Assembly: GCA_016936855.1 (NCBI GenBank) | Contig: JAFGXA010000053.1 | Span: 41,620-105,619 of the forward strand | Length of the DNA: 64,000 bases | Direction of reading: 5' to 3' | From: Gammaproteobacteria bacterium | GTDB taxonomy: Bacteria > Pseudomonadota > Gammaproteobacteria > UBA9339 | In this document: piece after piece, positions 36,808 to 44,894 of the stretch | How the letters are laid out: every line of letters starts with the position of its first letter | Numbering within the stretch: position 1 is the stretch's first letter | The notes under the pieces: model-generated | Told to the model about the DNA's origin: nothing | Databases searched by the model: none | Seen by the model: the letters and a program-made list of their open reading frames with translations, nothing else | Program-made: the position numbers and the translations under genes

Positions 36808-37439
36808 TAGAGATCTTCTCTAATTTCTCTTTCTAATTCAGAAAGACTGGATTGAAATGATTCTCTAGCAAATAGATTCTTCGCATAATTTGTTATTGCT
36901 TTGGCTTTTGTTGGCAGTTCGATTCCATATTTTGGTAGGCGCCATAATAATGGTGCCAAATAGCAATCTACCAATGAAAACTCTTCGCTTAAGAAAAATG
37001 GCATTTCTGCAAATAGTGGACTAACAGAAATGAGCTGCTCTTGTAAGCTTTCTCTAGCCTTATCTTGAGCCGCTTTTTTGCTTTTATCGTTTTCTAGAAT
37101 ATAGGCTTGTTGCATCCAATCTTGTTCGATTCTATGCATCATTAAACGGCATTTGGCTCTAGCAATTGGATAGACAGGAAGAAGTGGGGGGTGCGGAAAG
37201 CGTTCATCCAAGTATTCCATAATAATTTGTGGTTCATAGAGAACAAGTTCACGATCTAATAGCGTCGGAGTATTGCCGTATGGATTAAGTTCTAACAAAT
37301 CAACCGGCGGATTGTTGGAGTCGACGTGTAAAATATCAACCGCAACCCCTTTTTCCGCTAGTACAATGCGAACTTTGTGACTGTTGATGCCGGTGGCATC
37401 TGAATAGAGGGTCATGGCCGATCTTTTTACTGTGTTCAT
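36807..37439 (-). CDS. sspA: Stringent starvation protein A (GST-like)
   Basis: 210 aa GST fold. MTLYSD...SHKVRIVLAEKGV, with the sspA-sspB order downstream of rplM-rpsI as in other gammaproteobacteria. Confidence 0.9.
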   Translation of the reverse strand: MNTVKRSAMTLYSDATGINSHKVRIVLAEKGVAVDILHVDSNNPPVDLLELNPYGNTPTLLDRELVLYEPQIIMEYLDERFPHPPLLPVYPIARAKCRLMMHRIEQDWMQQAYILENDKSKKAAQDKARESLQEQLISVSPLFAEMPFFLSEEFSLVDCYLAPLLWRLPKYGIELPTKAKAITNYAKNLFARESFQSSLSELEREIREDL

Positions 37440-37462
37440 GCGGGCTATCCTGCTTAAGTTAA

Positions 37463-37536
37463 TGGCTGGGGAACTAGGATTCGAACCTAGATTAACGGAG
37501 TCAGAGTCCGCTGTCTTGCCATTAGACTATTCCCCA
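37463..37536 (-). tRNA. tRNA-Gln (anticodon CUG)
   Basis: Manual cloverleaf on the reverse complement (74 nt): acceptor TGGGGAA/TTCCCCA; D-arm GTCT-AATGGCA-AGAC; anticodon arm GCGGA-CTCTGAC-TCCGT (anticodon CTG); T-arm CTAGG-TTCGAAT-CCTAG; then G-CCA. It resembles E. coli tRNA-Gln (UGGGG...CCCCAGCCA). Confidence 0.9.
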
Positions 37537-37552
37537 CTCAAGAAACGTGATG

Positions 37553-37960
37553 TTAACGTTTTGAGTATTGGGTTCTCTTGCGTGCCTTGAGTAAGCCAGT
37601 TTTCTTACGTTCAACCTTACGAGAGTCGCGAGTAACGAACCCTTCTTGACGTAAAACTTGCTTCAACTCAGAGTCGAAGTCGATCAGCGCGCGAGTCAAT
37701 CCATGTCTTATGGCTCCAGCTTGTCCGCTGTCTCCACCACCTCTGACTGTTGCATGAATGTCGAATTTGTCCAACATATCAACAGTTATGAGTGGTTGAC
37801 GAATGATCATGTGTGCGGTTTTACGACCGAAATACTCTTCAAGTGGAAGATTGTTTATATTTATCTTGCCAGTTCCTGGTCGTATAAAAACACGGGCGGT
37901 CGATGTTTTGCGTCGACCAGTGCCATAGTGTTGAGTAATCTTTTGCTTCGCAACTGCCAT
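37553..37960 (-). CDS. rpsI: 30S ribosomal protein S9
   Basis: [13 protein letters not shown] ... [14 protein letters not shown] ... ends in KR. Confidence 0.95.
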   Translation of the reverse strand: MAVAKQKITQHYGTGRRKTSTARVFIRPGTGKININNLPLEEYFGRKTAHMIIRQPLITVDMLDKFDIHATVRGGGDSGQAGAIRHGLTRALIDFDSELKQVLRQEGFVTRDSRKVERKKTGLLKARKRTQYSKR

Positions 37961-37965
37961 AGTTC

Positions 37966-38403
37966 TTAATCCTCGTTAATATCTAAAATTTTTGGTTGTT
38001 GAGCAGCGTGTGGATGCTGATCATCTTTATATACCTTTAGTTTGCGTAACATTTGTCTGCCTAATGGCCCCTTAGGGAGCATGCCTTTGACAGCTTTTTC
38101 AATTATGCGACGAGAATCTTTCGCTAACAATTTATCAAATGTTATGGATTTGATACCGCCAGGGTAGCCAGTATGATGATGATAAAGCTTATCAGTAGTC
38201 TTGTTGCCGGTTACTTTGATTTTGTCCGCATTAATAATCACCATATAGTCCCCAGTATCCATGTGAGGAGTATAGGTGGCTTTATGTTTGCCTCTTAATC
38301 TAAAAGCCACTTCACTTGCCAAGCGACCTAAAGTCTTGTCGGCAGCGTCAACTAGGTACCAGTCGTGTTTTATATCTTTGGCTTTTGCGCTATAAGTCGT
38401 CAT
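37966..38403 (-). CDS. rplM: 50S ribosomal protein L13
   Basis: [16 protein letters not shown]...LRGKHK...GMLPK motifs, upstream of rpsI. Confidence 0.95.
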   Translation of the reverse strand: MTTYSAKAKDIKHDWYLVDAADKTLGRLASEVAFRLRGKHKATYTPHMDTGDYMVIINADKIKVTGNKTTDKLYHHHTGYPGGIKSITFDKLLAKDSRRIIEKAVKGMLPKGPLGRQMLRKLKVYKDDQHPHAAQQPKILDINED

Positions 38404-38448
38404 TACTGTTTCTCTCTAAATACCGAAAAGGACCGCATGATACAGTAG

Positions 38449-39069
38449 TTATGCGGAATATTCAAGCAATAGTTGCATGGTGTTATTGATGGTTTTGTCT
38501 TCAATTTCAGTGAGGCTTAAGTTAGGGGCGCAACTTTTAACTTGAGTTAGTTTTAAGTTTTTAAATCCGCATGGATTTATGCGCGAAAATGGCTCTAAAT
38601 CCATATCAATATTTAAGGCAATACCATGATACGTTGCGCCGCGGGTAATTTTTAAACCTATAGAGCAAATTTTAGCCTGATCAACATATACCCCCGGAGC
38701 ATCTTCGCGAGCGTAAGCTTCAATTTTATACTCCTTAAGAGTGTTGATAACACCTTGTTCTAGTAGATTAACAAATTGTTTAACTCCAATTTTACGACGA
38801 CGTATGTCGATTAAAGGGTAAATGATAAGTTGTCCTGGACCATGATAAGTAACTTGTCCTCCGCGATCGGTTTGAACTATGGGGATATCCCCAGGATTTA
38901 GGATGTGTTCTTTCTTGCCAGCTTGACCTTGGGTAAAGACTGGATGATGTTGTAAGCTCCATATTTCATCTGGTGTTTCCGGAGTGCGGTTTAGTGTGAA
39001 ATCACGCATTTGCTGCCAAATTACTTGGTAGTTTGATATCGGTAGTTTTTTTATTTTAATACCTTGCAT
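38449..39069 (-). CDS. lipB: Octanoyltransferase (lipoyl(octanoyl) transferase)
   Basis: RGGQVTYHGPGQL motif, a catalytic Cys region (KICSIGL) and the HG(I/L)ALN motif. Confidence 0.9.
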   Translation of the reverse strand: MQGIKIKKLPISNYQVIWQQMRDFTLNRTPETPDEIWSLQHHPVFTQGQAGKKEHILNPGDIPIVQTDRGGQVTYHGPGQLIIYPLIDIRRRKIGVKQFVNLLEQGVINTLKEYKIEAYAREDAPGVYVDQAKICSIGLKITRGATYHGIALNIDMDLEPFSRINPCGFKNLKLTQVKSCAPNLSLTEIEDKTINNTMQLLLEYSA

Positions 39070-39107
39070 AGTTGTTTATCTCAGAAAGCTTCGTCATTTT
39101 GTAGAAA

Positions 39108-39234
39108 GCACCGTCATCCCGGACTTGATCCGGGATCTTCTTGGTTCGGCACGATGTTTTTTTGAGCGTGCCGTGCGGGTTTAACATGGGCGGACACAGG
39201 GGGCCGCCCTTACATGTGCCAAACAAATCATTAG
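39108..39234 (-). repeat. GC-rich intergenic repeat family, copy C (inverted composite, three hairpins)
   Basis: The rc of 39188-39234 is CTAATGATTTGTTTGGCACATGTAAGGGCGG...CCGCCC, and the rc of 39108-39118 is GATGACGGTGC. Hairpins: ATCCCGGA/TCCGGGAT (39116-39136), CGGCACG/CGTGCCG (39147-39173) and GGGCGG/CCGCCC (39188-39209). The element abuts and overlaps the stop codon of the aminotransferase gene. Confidence 0.7.
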
Positions 39235-40079
39235 TACAAGTCTTTATATAGCGTAATCATTTTATACCAAATAGGGCCTGCTTTACCATCAGCAACAGGC
39301 TTGTTATCTAATGTTGTTATTGGCTCTATTTCACGGCTGCTGCTGGTGATCCAAACTTCATTAGCATTTTGCAATTCATCTTTAGTGATTGGTTGTTCTT
39401 TATATGGCATGGAATTTTTGGCAGCCAGTTCTAGAGTTAATTCGCGAGTTATGCCCGGTAATATGTTGGAGGATAATGGTGGAGTCATTATTATCCCATT
39501 TTTCACTATGAAGACATTGCATGAAGCGCATTCAGTTACTAGATTATCGCGTAACATAATGGTTTCGGTTGCATTATGTTCAACAGCATAGGTTCGAGCC
39601 AAAATATTTGGTAGCAATGAAATGGCTTTTACACAACAGTCACGACGTCTCGCATCCTCTATTGTTACGGCCCGTGACCCCTTAGCTAGGCCCTCAATGG
39701 ATTTTGTTAAATAAGATATATCGGTTAAAGCAAAAATGGTTGGGGTTAGTTTTTCTGGTATAACGTGGGCTCTATGATCATCGGCCCCGCGAGTCACCTG
39801 GAGATAAATATGGTTGCTACCACTATCGATATGATTTTTTTCTATTAGGGTGTTAAATATGGTCAACCATTCTGCATTAGAGTGTAGTGCTGGTATATTT
39901 ATAGCATTTAAATTGCGTTTTAGTCTGGCTAAATGTTTTTCTGGATAGAAAAGCTTATTTTCGTATATTTGAATATGCTCATAAACACCGTCTGCAAATA
40001 AGAAGCCTCGATCAAGTGGAGAGATCGAGGCTTCTTTTATAGGCATGTAGCGCCCATTCAGATAAATTATTTTATACAT
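39231..40079 (-). CDS. Class IV aminotransferase (probable D-amino-acid/D-alanine transaminase)
   Basis: 282 aa. The N-terminus LNGRYMPIKEASISPLDRGFLFADGVYE is typical of fold-type IV PLP enzymes. It lies in a dacA/rlpA cell-wall context. Confidence 0.7.
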   Translation of the reverse strand: MYKIIYLNGRYMPIKEASISPLDRGFLFADGVYEHIQIYENKLFYPEKHLARLKRNLNAINIPALHSNAEWLTIFNTLIEKNHIDSGSNHIYLQVTRGADDHRAHVIPEKLTPTIFALTDISYLTKSIEGLAKGSRAVTIEDARRRDCCVKAISLLPNILARTYAVEHNATETIMLRDNLVTECASCNVFIVKNGIIMTPPLSSNILPGITRELTLELAAKNSMPYKEQPITKDELQNANEVWITSSSREIEPITTLDNKPVADGKAGPIWYKMITLYKDLY

Positions 40080-40084
40080 ATTTT

Positions 40085-41368
40085 TTAAAATAATTTAGCA
40101 ATATGATCGATTAAGCGTGACACTATGCCGCCCTTTTGGTCATCACTTAGAGCAACTAATGGCTGCGTATTTATCGGTTTGCCATTTAGGGTAACCGTAA
40201 CAGTGCCATATTGTTGTCCTTTAGTAATTGGAGCGGTTAGCTTGCCATCCAAAGTTGTGTTTACGTTTATGTTTTTGTATTGACCGATTGGTATGGTTAC
40301 ATACAAACCATTAATTAAGCCGAGGCCAACTTTTTTGTGTTGTCCGAACCATACTCTTGGTGTCATGACGGCTGTGTTTGGATCATAGAGTTTATGCGTC
40401 TCGAAAAAACGGAAACCATAGGTTAATAGCGCTTCACTTTCATTGGCTCTGGCGCTGTCAGTTGGCGTGCCCATGACAACAGAAATTAAACGCATGCCAT
40501 TGCGCATTGCTGAAGATATCAAGCAATATCCAGCCTCCTCGGTGTGGCCAGTTTTTAGTCCGTCAACAGAAGGGTCGCGCCATAATAAACGGTTGCGGTT
40601 TGGTTGTTTTATGTTGTTGTAGTTGATCCATTTTTGGCTAAACCAGTGATAGTATTCAGGGTAGTTTTGAATTATTGCGCGAGTTAATTTTGCCAAATCC
40701 ATCGGTGTTGAGTAATGATCAGGTTTTGGTAATCCATTGCAATCGCTGAAGTGAGTATTGGTCATGCCAAGTGCTTTGGCGGTTTGATTCATCAAATCTA
40801 CAAAAGCTTGCTCGGTGCCACCAATATATTCGGCCATAGCATAAGTTGCGTCATTGCCTGAAGCCACAATGATGCCTTGGATTAGAAGCTTTACTGGAAC
40901 CTTTGTGCCAACTTTAACAAACATGCGAGATCCACCCATTTGCCAGGCTTTTTTGCTTATGCGAACTTGGTCGTCAAGTTGAATGCGGCCTTGTTGCAGC
41001 TCATCAGCAATAATATAGAGAGTCATTAGCTTGGTTAGGCTGGCAGGTGCCATGCGTTCATTAGCGTTTTTTTGGGCAATTATATTGCCGCTATTAGCGT
41101 CCATCAGAACGTAGCCTTTAGCTGATAATGTTGGAGGATTGGGAATTAACGCTGGAGTTGGGGCCGGTGCAGCAATCGGCGCAGCGGTAGTTGTGGTTAT
41201 ATCGCTTGATGGAGTCGCCTCAGTTGTAGTTGTTGCAGCTGTGCTTTGAGAGTTTGCATTGTTTACCATTGATGGTAAAGCTGGTGCGGTTGGCTGAGTT
41301 GCTGCGCAAACTGCAACGCTCATTAATATGCCAAACATTGACATTATACACTTGTTGAGTAATTTCAT
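40085..41368 (-). CDS. dacA: D-alanyl-D-alanine carboxypeptidase (PBP5/6 family) with T/A/P-rich N-terminal linker
   Basis: SxxK (ASLTKLMT), SxN (SGND) and KTG (LKTGHT) motifs. The start is set at MKLLNKCIM (41368, GGAGG upstream) with a signal peptide. The ORF-track start at 41476 would overlap rlpA. Confidence 0.85.
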   Translation of the reverse strand: MKLLNKCIMSMFGILMSVAVCAATQPTAPALPSMVNNANSQSTAATTTTEATPSSDITTTTAAPIAAPAPTPALIPNPPTLSAKGYVLMDANSGNIIAQKNANERMAPASLTKLMTLYIIADELQQGRIQLDDQVRISKKAWQMGGSRMFVKVGTKVPVKLLIQGIIVASGNDATYAMAEYIGGTEQAFVDLMNQTAKALGMTNTHFSDCNGLPKPDHYSTPMDLAKLTRAIIQNYPEYYHWFSQKWINYNNIKQPNRNRLLWRDPSVDGLKTGHTEEAGYCLISSAMRNGMRLISVVMGTPTDSARANESEALLTYGFRFFETHKLYDPNTAVMTPRVWFGQHKKVGLGLINGLYVTIPIGQYKNINVNTTLDGKLTAPITKGQQYGTVTVTLNGKPINTQPLVALSDDQKGGIVSRLIDHIAKLF

Positions 41369-41430
41369 TGTATTGCTTCCTCCATATAAAATTCGTCGCA
41401 TTTTAGCATTGTGTATCATGTATAACAATA

Positions 41431-42063
41431 TTAACCAATAGCAACGCGTATTGGTACGCCGTGCTTCAATTGCCATAGTTTTGGATCTATTGCGGTTACT
41501 CTAACGCGTGCTGTTCCGTCTTTAATAAACCCTAGTTTCTCCGCAGCAATGTAAGATAAATCTATAATGCGGTTTTTATCAAATGGTCCGCGGTCATTTA
41601 CCTTAACAATTATTTTTCTACTATTGGTGAGATTTGTGACTTGAACAAAAGTTGGAATTGGTAGTGTTGTACTAGCTGCCGTCATTTTAAATGGGTCGTA
41701 AATTTCTCTATCTGAAGTTAATTTGCCTTGAAATTTAGTGCCGTACCAGGATGCTACTCCCACTTTGCTATATCCCTTTGCCGAGGATAACACTTTGTAA
41801 CATTTATCATTCACACAGTAGGTTGGTTTATTGCCATATTTGCTTTGCTTGACTGATATTGGCTTGGCATTTTTAACTTTGTTTGGGTTTATATATTTTT
41901 TAGGTGCTGAATCTTTTTGGATGGTTGGTTTGCGTCTTGCTTTAGGCGCAGCATTTTGATTTATAGTTGAGCAACTCATTAAGGGTAAGGTCGAAAGTGA
42001 TAAAATTGCAAGACCAATTATTGTTACGTTTTTTCCATGTTCCCACATTTTTTGTGTTACCAT
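41431..42063 (-). CDS. rlpA: Septal ring lytic transglycosylase RlpA-like lipoprotein (DPBB domain only, no SPOR)
   Basis: Lipobox LPLMSC and the DPBB motif ASWYGTKFQGKLTSDREIYD...TLPIPTFVQVTNL...VKVNDRGPF. The protein ends about 40 aa after the DPBB domain. Confidence 0.8.
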   Translation of the reverse strand: MVTQKMWEHGKNVTIIGLAILSLSTLPLMSCSTINQNAAPKARRKPTIQKDSAPKKYINPNKVKNAKPISVKQSKYGNKPTYCVNDKCYKVLSSAKGYSKVGVASWYGTKFQGKLTSDREIYDPFKMTAASTTLPIPTFVQVTNLTNSRKIIVKVNDRGPFDKNRIIDLSYIAAEKLGFIKDGTARVRVTAIDPKLWQLKHGVPIRVAIG

Positions 42064-42097
42064 ATCCTGCGATTTGTAAGTTCCAGTAGAGGATACT

Positions 42098-43213
42098 ATG
42101 GATAAGAAATATTTACAATTTGATCTGTTAACACAGCGTTTTATCGTAAAAAGGTGGGCGACTCCTGTTGGTAAAGAAGTAAGGCAGAAGATTATTGATG
42201 CAATAGAAAATTCTCAGGATGTTCGGAAAGTTTTAGAGCCATATGTATTGGAGCATGCTGCTAATATTGATCCATATAATTATCCTTATTATCCGCCAGA
42301 TGCTATGGAAGAGGAGGAGTTCTGGGTTTTAACTACCCATGATTTGCAAGGCATTGTTTTTGAGAATAAAAACTTTGCTGATTCCGAATCTTTGATTAAA
42401 CAGAATTTGAGTTATGCCAAGTTCATTAAATGTAATCTTTCTAAAGTTAGTTTCAGAAAGACTGATTTGTCTTTCATTAAATTCAATGATTGTGATCTGC
42501 AAGAGGCTGTTTTTGCTGAATCCGGGGGGATTAATTCCGATTTTTTAGCATCAAATCTGCATGGTGCTAGTTTCGTTGGTGTTGAGTTTGTCCAGCCCAA
42601 TTTTTCTGGAGCTGATTTGCGAGAGGTGCATTTTGAAGATACCTTGTTGGAAGAGATAACGGTTAACTATTTAACCCATTTTGATAGAGAGTTGCATTTG
42701 AAGTGGAGTAAAGACAGTAAAAATTTGAAGCAACTTGCGGATTTATATCGCGCAGTGCGTTTGGGATATGAAAATGCAGCATTGCGTAATAATGCTGATT
42801 TTTATTTAGTTCAAGAAAGAATAGCGTATAGACAGCATGTTTTATGGCCGGCAATTGCGAAAAACAAAAGCGTTTCGGCGTTTTTATATTGGCTGAGAGA
42901 TTTGATTGGTTTTGTTTTATCTGGTTATGGCACGTCTCCTGTTCGTACTTTTTGGTATGGGTTTATGATCAGCTTGGTTTATGCAATTATTTATACTGTA
43001 GCTGGTGTGCCTACGGAGCTTTATAGCAAACAATCTGATTTTTTAAGCGCACTTTACTTTTCACTCACAACATTTTCAACATTGGGTTATGGTGATTTGG
43101 TTTATGATGAGGCTCATGTATTTATGCGTCTTTTAGCAACGAGTGAAGCTTGGATTGGGGCTATATTTATCGCTTTTTTTGTGGTTATTTTTTCACGCAA
43201 GATATTACGTTAG
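42098..43213 (+). CDS. Pentapeptide-repeat protein fused to a 2-TM K+-channel pore domain
   Basis: Pentapeptide repeats run from about residue 100 to 185 (LSYAKFIKCNLSKVSFRKTDLSFIKFNDCDLQEAVF...FSGADLREVHFEDTLL). The C-terminal TM-pore-TM carries the canonical selectivity filter TTFSTLGYGD. Confidence 0.75.
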   Translation: MDKKYLQFDLLTQRFIVKRWATPVGKEVRQKIIDAIENSQDVRKVLEPYVLEHAANIDPYNYPYYPPDAMEEEEFWVLTTHDLQGIVFENKNFADSESLIKQNLSYAKFIKCNLSKVSFRKTDLSFIKFNDCDLQEAVFAESGGINSDFLASNLHGASFVGVEFVQPNFSGADLREVHFEDTLLEEITVNYLTHFDRELHLKWSKDSKNLKQLADLYRAVRLGYENAALRNNADFYLVQERIAYRQHVLWPAIAKNKSVSAFLYWLRDLIGFVLSGYGTSPVRTFWYGFMISLVYAIIYTVAGVPTELYSKQSDFLSALYFSLTTFSTLGYGDLVYDEAHVFMRLLATSEAWIGAIFIAFFVVIFSRKILR

Positions 43214-43954
43214 ATGTACTGGCAAAGTGTAAAAAAGATACCGAATTTATATGATGATGTGGTTCATATATGGCGTATCGATATTCGTAGTCTTGATCAA
43301 TGCTACAATAGGCTAGAGAAGTTGTTGTTGGCGGATGAGATTAAAAGGGCAGATCGGTTTGTTTTTCCTCAGGGGCGAGCAATGTTTGTGCTATCTAGAG
43401 GAATTTTGCGTTATTTGTTATCAGTATATTTAAAAAGAAATGTTAATGATATTGAATTTTGCCATAACTCTTATGGTAAACCTAGGCTTTGTGACGATGG
43501 TTTGTTCTTTAATTTATCTCATTCTAATGATTTGATTCTAATTTCTTTTAGTGCGCGGTGTGATTTAGGTATAGATGTTGAATATATGAAATCTGGTATT
43601 GATTTTGTTGGGATTGCAAAGCGTTATTTTTCTCTGTATGAGATCAATCAGCTTGAAGGGTTTGTTGGCGAAGATTTGTGTCGGGCTTTTTATCGTTGCT
43701 GGAGTCGCAAAGAATCCTTTCTGAAGGCTTTGGGAGTAGGGTTGGCGCATAATTTAAAAAATTTTGATGTCAATGTGGCTGATGGTTCTGAGAACTTATT
43801 GAAAGATGTTCGTGAGCCAGTGATTGATTGGCATAATTGGCAGATGCTTGATTTGTCTATAGATGTTGATTATGCTGCCGCTTTGACTATAGCAGGAGCT
43901 TGTGTCGATGTTCAGGGAAGGGTTTTTTCACCGAATTTGTTAGGGGAACTATGA
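43214..43954 (+). CDS. Sfp-type 4'-phosphopantetheinyl transferase
   Basis: FNLSHSNDL, LGIDVEY and WSRKESFLKALG, which are PPTase motifs 1-3. The ATG immediately follows the channel gene's TAG (43211-43213). Confidence 0.8.
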   Translation: MYWQSVKKIPNLYDDVVHIWRIDIRSLDQCYNRLEKLLLADEIKRADRFVFPQGRAMFVLSRGILRYLLSVYLKRNVNDIEFCHNSYGKPRLCDDGLFFNLSHSNDLILISFSARCDLGIDVEYMKSGIDFVGIAKRYFSLYEINQLEGFVGEDLCRAFYRCWSRKESFLKALGVGLAHNLKNFDVNVADGSENLLKDVREPVIDWHNWQMLDLSIDVDYAAALTIAGACVDVQGRVFSPNLLGEL

Positions 43955-44478
43955 TGTCTTTGTCAGGAAAATTTAGTCGTGGTAGCGTGGTTTTATTGCT
44001 TGGTGTTATAGGTTTGACAGCTTTTGTTATTGGAACTTTTTATCCCCCGTCTTTTTTGCAAAAGGTGCTTTATCTTGTTGGTGCTTTGTTATTAACAAGT
44101 TCTGCAGCGCTTGATAAGAACATTTTTTTTACCGTGTTAGAAGTGGTTGTTGTTGTTGGTACATTTATTGCCTTTTTCCCGCTAAGCGCACTAATTAAAG
44201 CTGGTGTTCCAGCTGCTTTAACATTATTGGCAATTTTGTATCTGTGGCACATGGAAGAAATTAAAAATTTGCTTGGCATTCTGGGGTGTATTGGTTTGTT
44301 ACTTCTAGCTGCCGGTTTCGCTACATCCGAATCAATCGTTTACTTCTTTGGTAGCCTTGTTCTATCTACTTACTCCATTATTGTTTTTTTAAAGAATAAA
44401 GACAAATTAGCTATGATTTTTGTGATTTTGAATGTGTTTTTTGCGCTGGGTTCTTTGGGTAATATATTTGGGTATTGA
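43951..44478 (+). CDS. Small polytopic membrane protein (175 aa, about 6 TM), unknown function
   Basis: The ATG at 43951 overlaps the PPTase stop (ATGA). The protein is hydrophobic throughout. The ORF-track start at 43900 is rejected. Confidence 0.55.
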   Translation: MMSLSGKFSRGSVVLLLGVIGLTAFVIGTFYPPSFLQKVLYLVGALLLTSSAALDKNIFFTVLEVVVVVGTFIAFFPLSALIKAGVPAALTLLAILYLWHMEEIKNLLGILGCIGLLLLAAGFATSESIVYFFGSLVLSTYSIIVFLKNKDKLAMIFVILNVFFALGSLGNIFGY

Positions 44479-44552
44479 ATTTCGTAACTGATTACTAGTC
44501 ATTTTGGTATCAAGATAAAAGAAAAAAGCTAAAATGTGGTTGTAAAACCATT

Positions 44553-44572
44553 TGTAATGATGTATCATTACA
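44553..44572. promoter_or_regulatory. Perfect 9-bp inverted repeat upstream of trpR (candidate operator)
   Basis: TGTAATGAT-GT-ATCATTACA, 22 nt upstream of the trpR ATG. A second site with an ACTAGT core (GTAACTGATTACTAGTC, 44484-44500) resembles the E. coli Trp operator half-site GNACTAGT. Confidence 0.35.
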
Positions 44573-44593
44573 AAATTACCGATAATTGGGTGG

Positions 44594-44884
44594 ATGATTG
44601 TGAGTGATAAAAATGTGGATAGTTGGAAGTTTTTTTTAAAGATATGTGTTGAATTGAAAACTGCTAATGAATTAGAGGGATTTTTTCGCTTTATTTTGAC
44701 ACACGGTGAGAGGGAGGATATAGCTCACCGTATTAGGATTGTGAAGGAATTGCTTCTCGAGGAAAAGACTCAACGTGAGATAGCAGCTTCAACAGGAGTT
44801 AGCATAGCCAAAATTACCCGTGGCTCTAATCAGCTAAAGGATGCTGATGTGAAACTAAAGAACTTTCTTAAAAGTAAATTATAG
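44594..44884 (+). CDS. trpR: Trp operon repressor family protein
   Basis: LTHGEREDIAHRIRIVKELLLEEKTQREIAASTGVSIAKITRGSNQLK aligns with E. coli TrpR [48 protein letters not shown]. Confidence 0.85.
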   Translation: MIVSDKNVDSWKFFLKICVELKTANELEGFFRFILTHGEREDIAHRIRIVKELLLEEKTQREIAASTGVSIAKITRGSNQLKDADVKLKNFLKSKL

Positions 44885-44894
44885 AGAGAAAAAG

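Noticed and set aside
41369-41476. N-terminal extension of dacA overlapping rlpA
   Set aside because: The signal peptide starts at MKLLNKCIM (41368), which has its own GGAGG. The extension has no function-like features and would overlap the rlpA 3' end by 46 nt.
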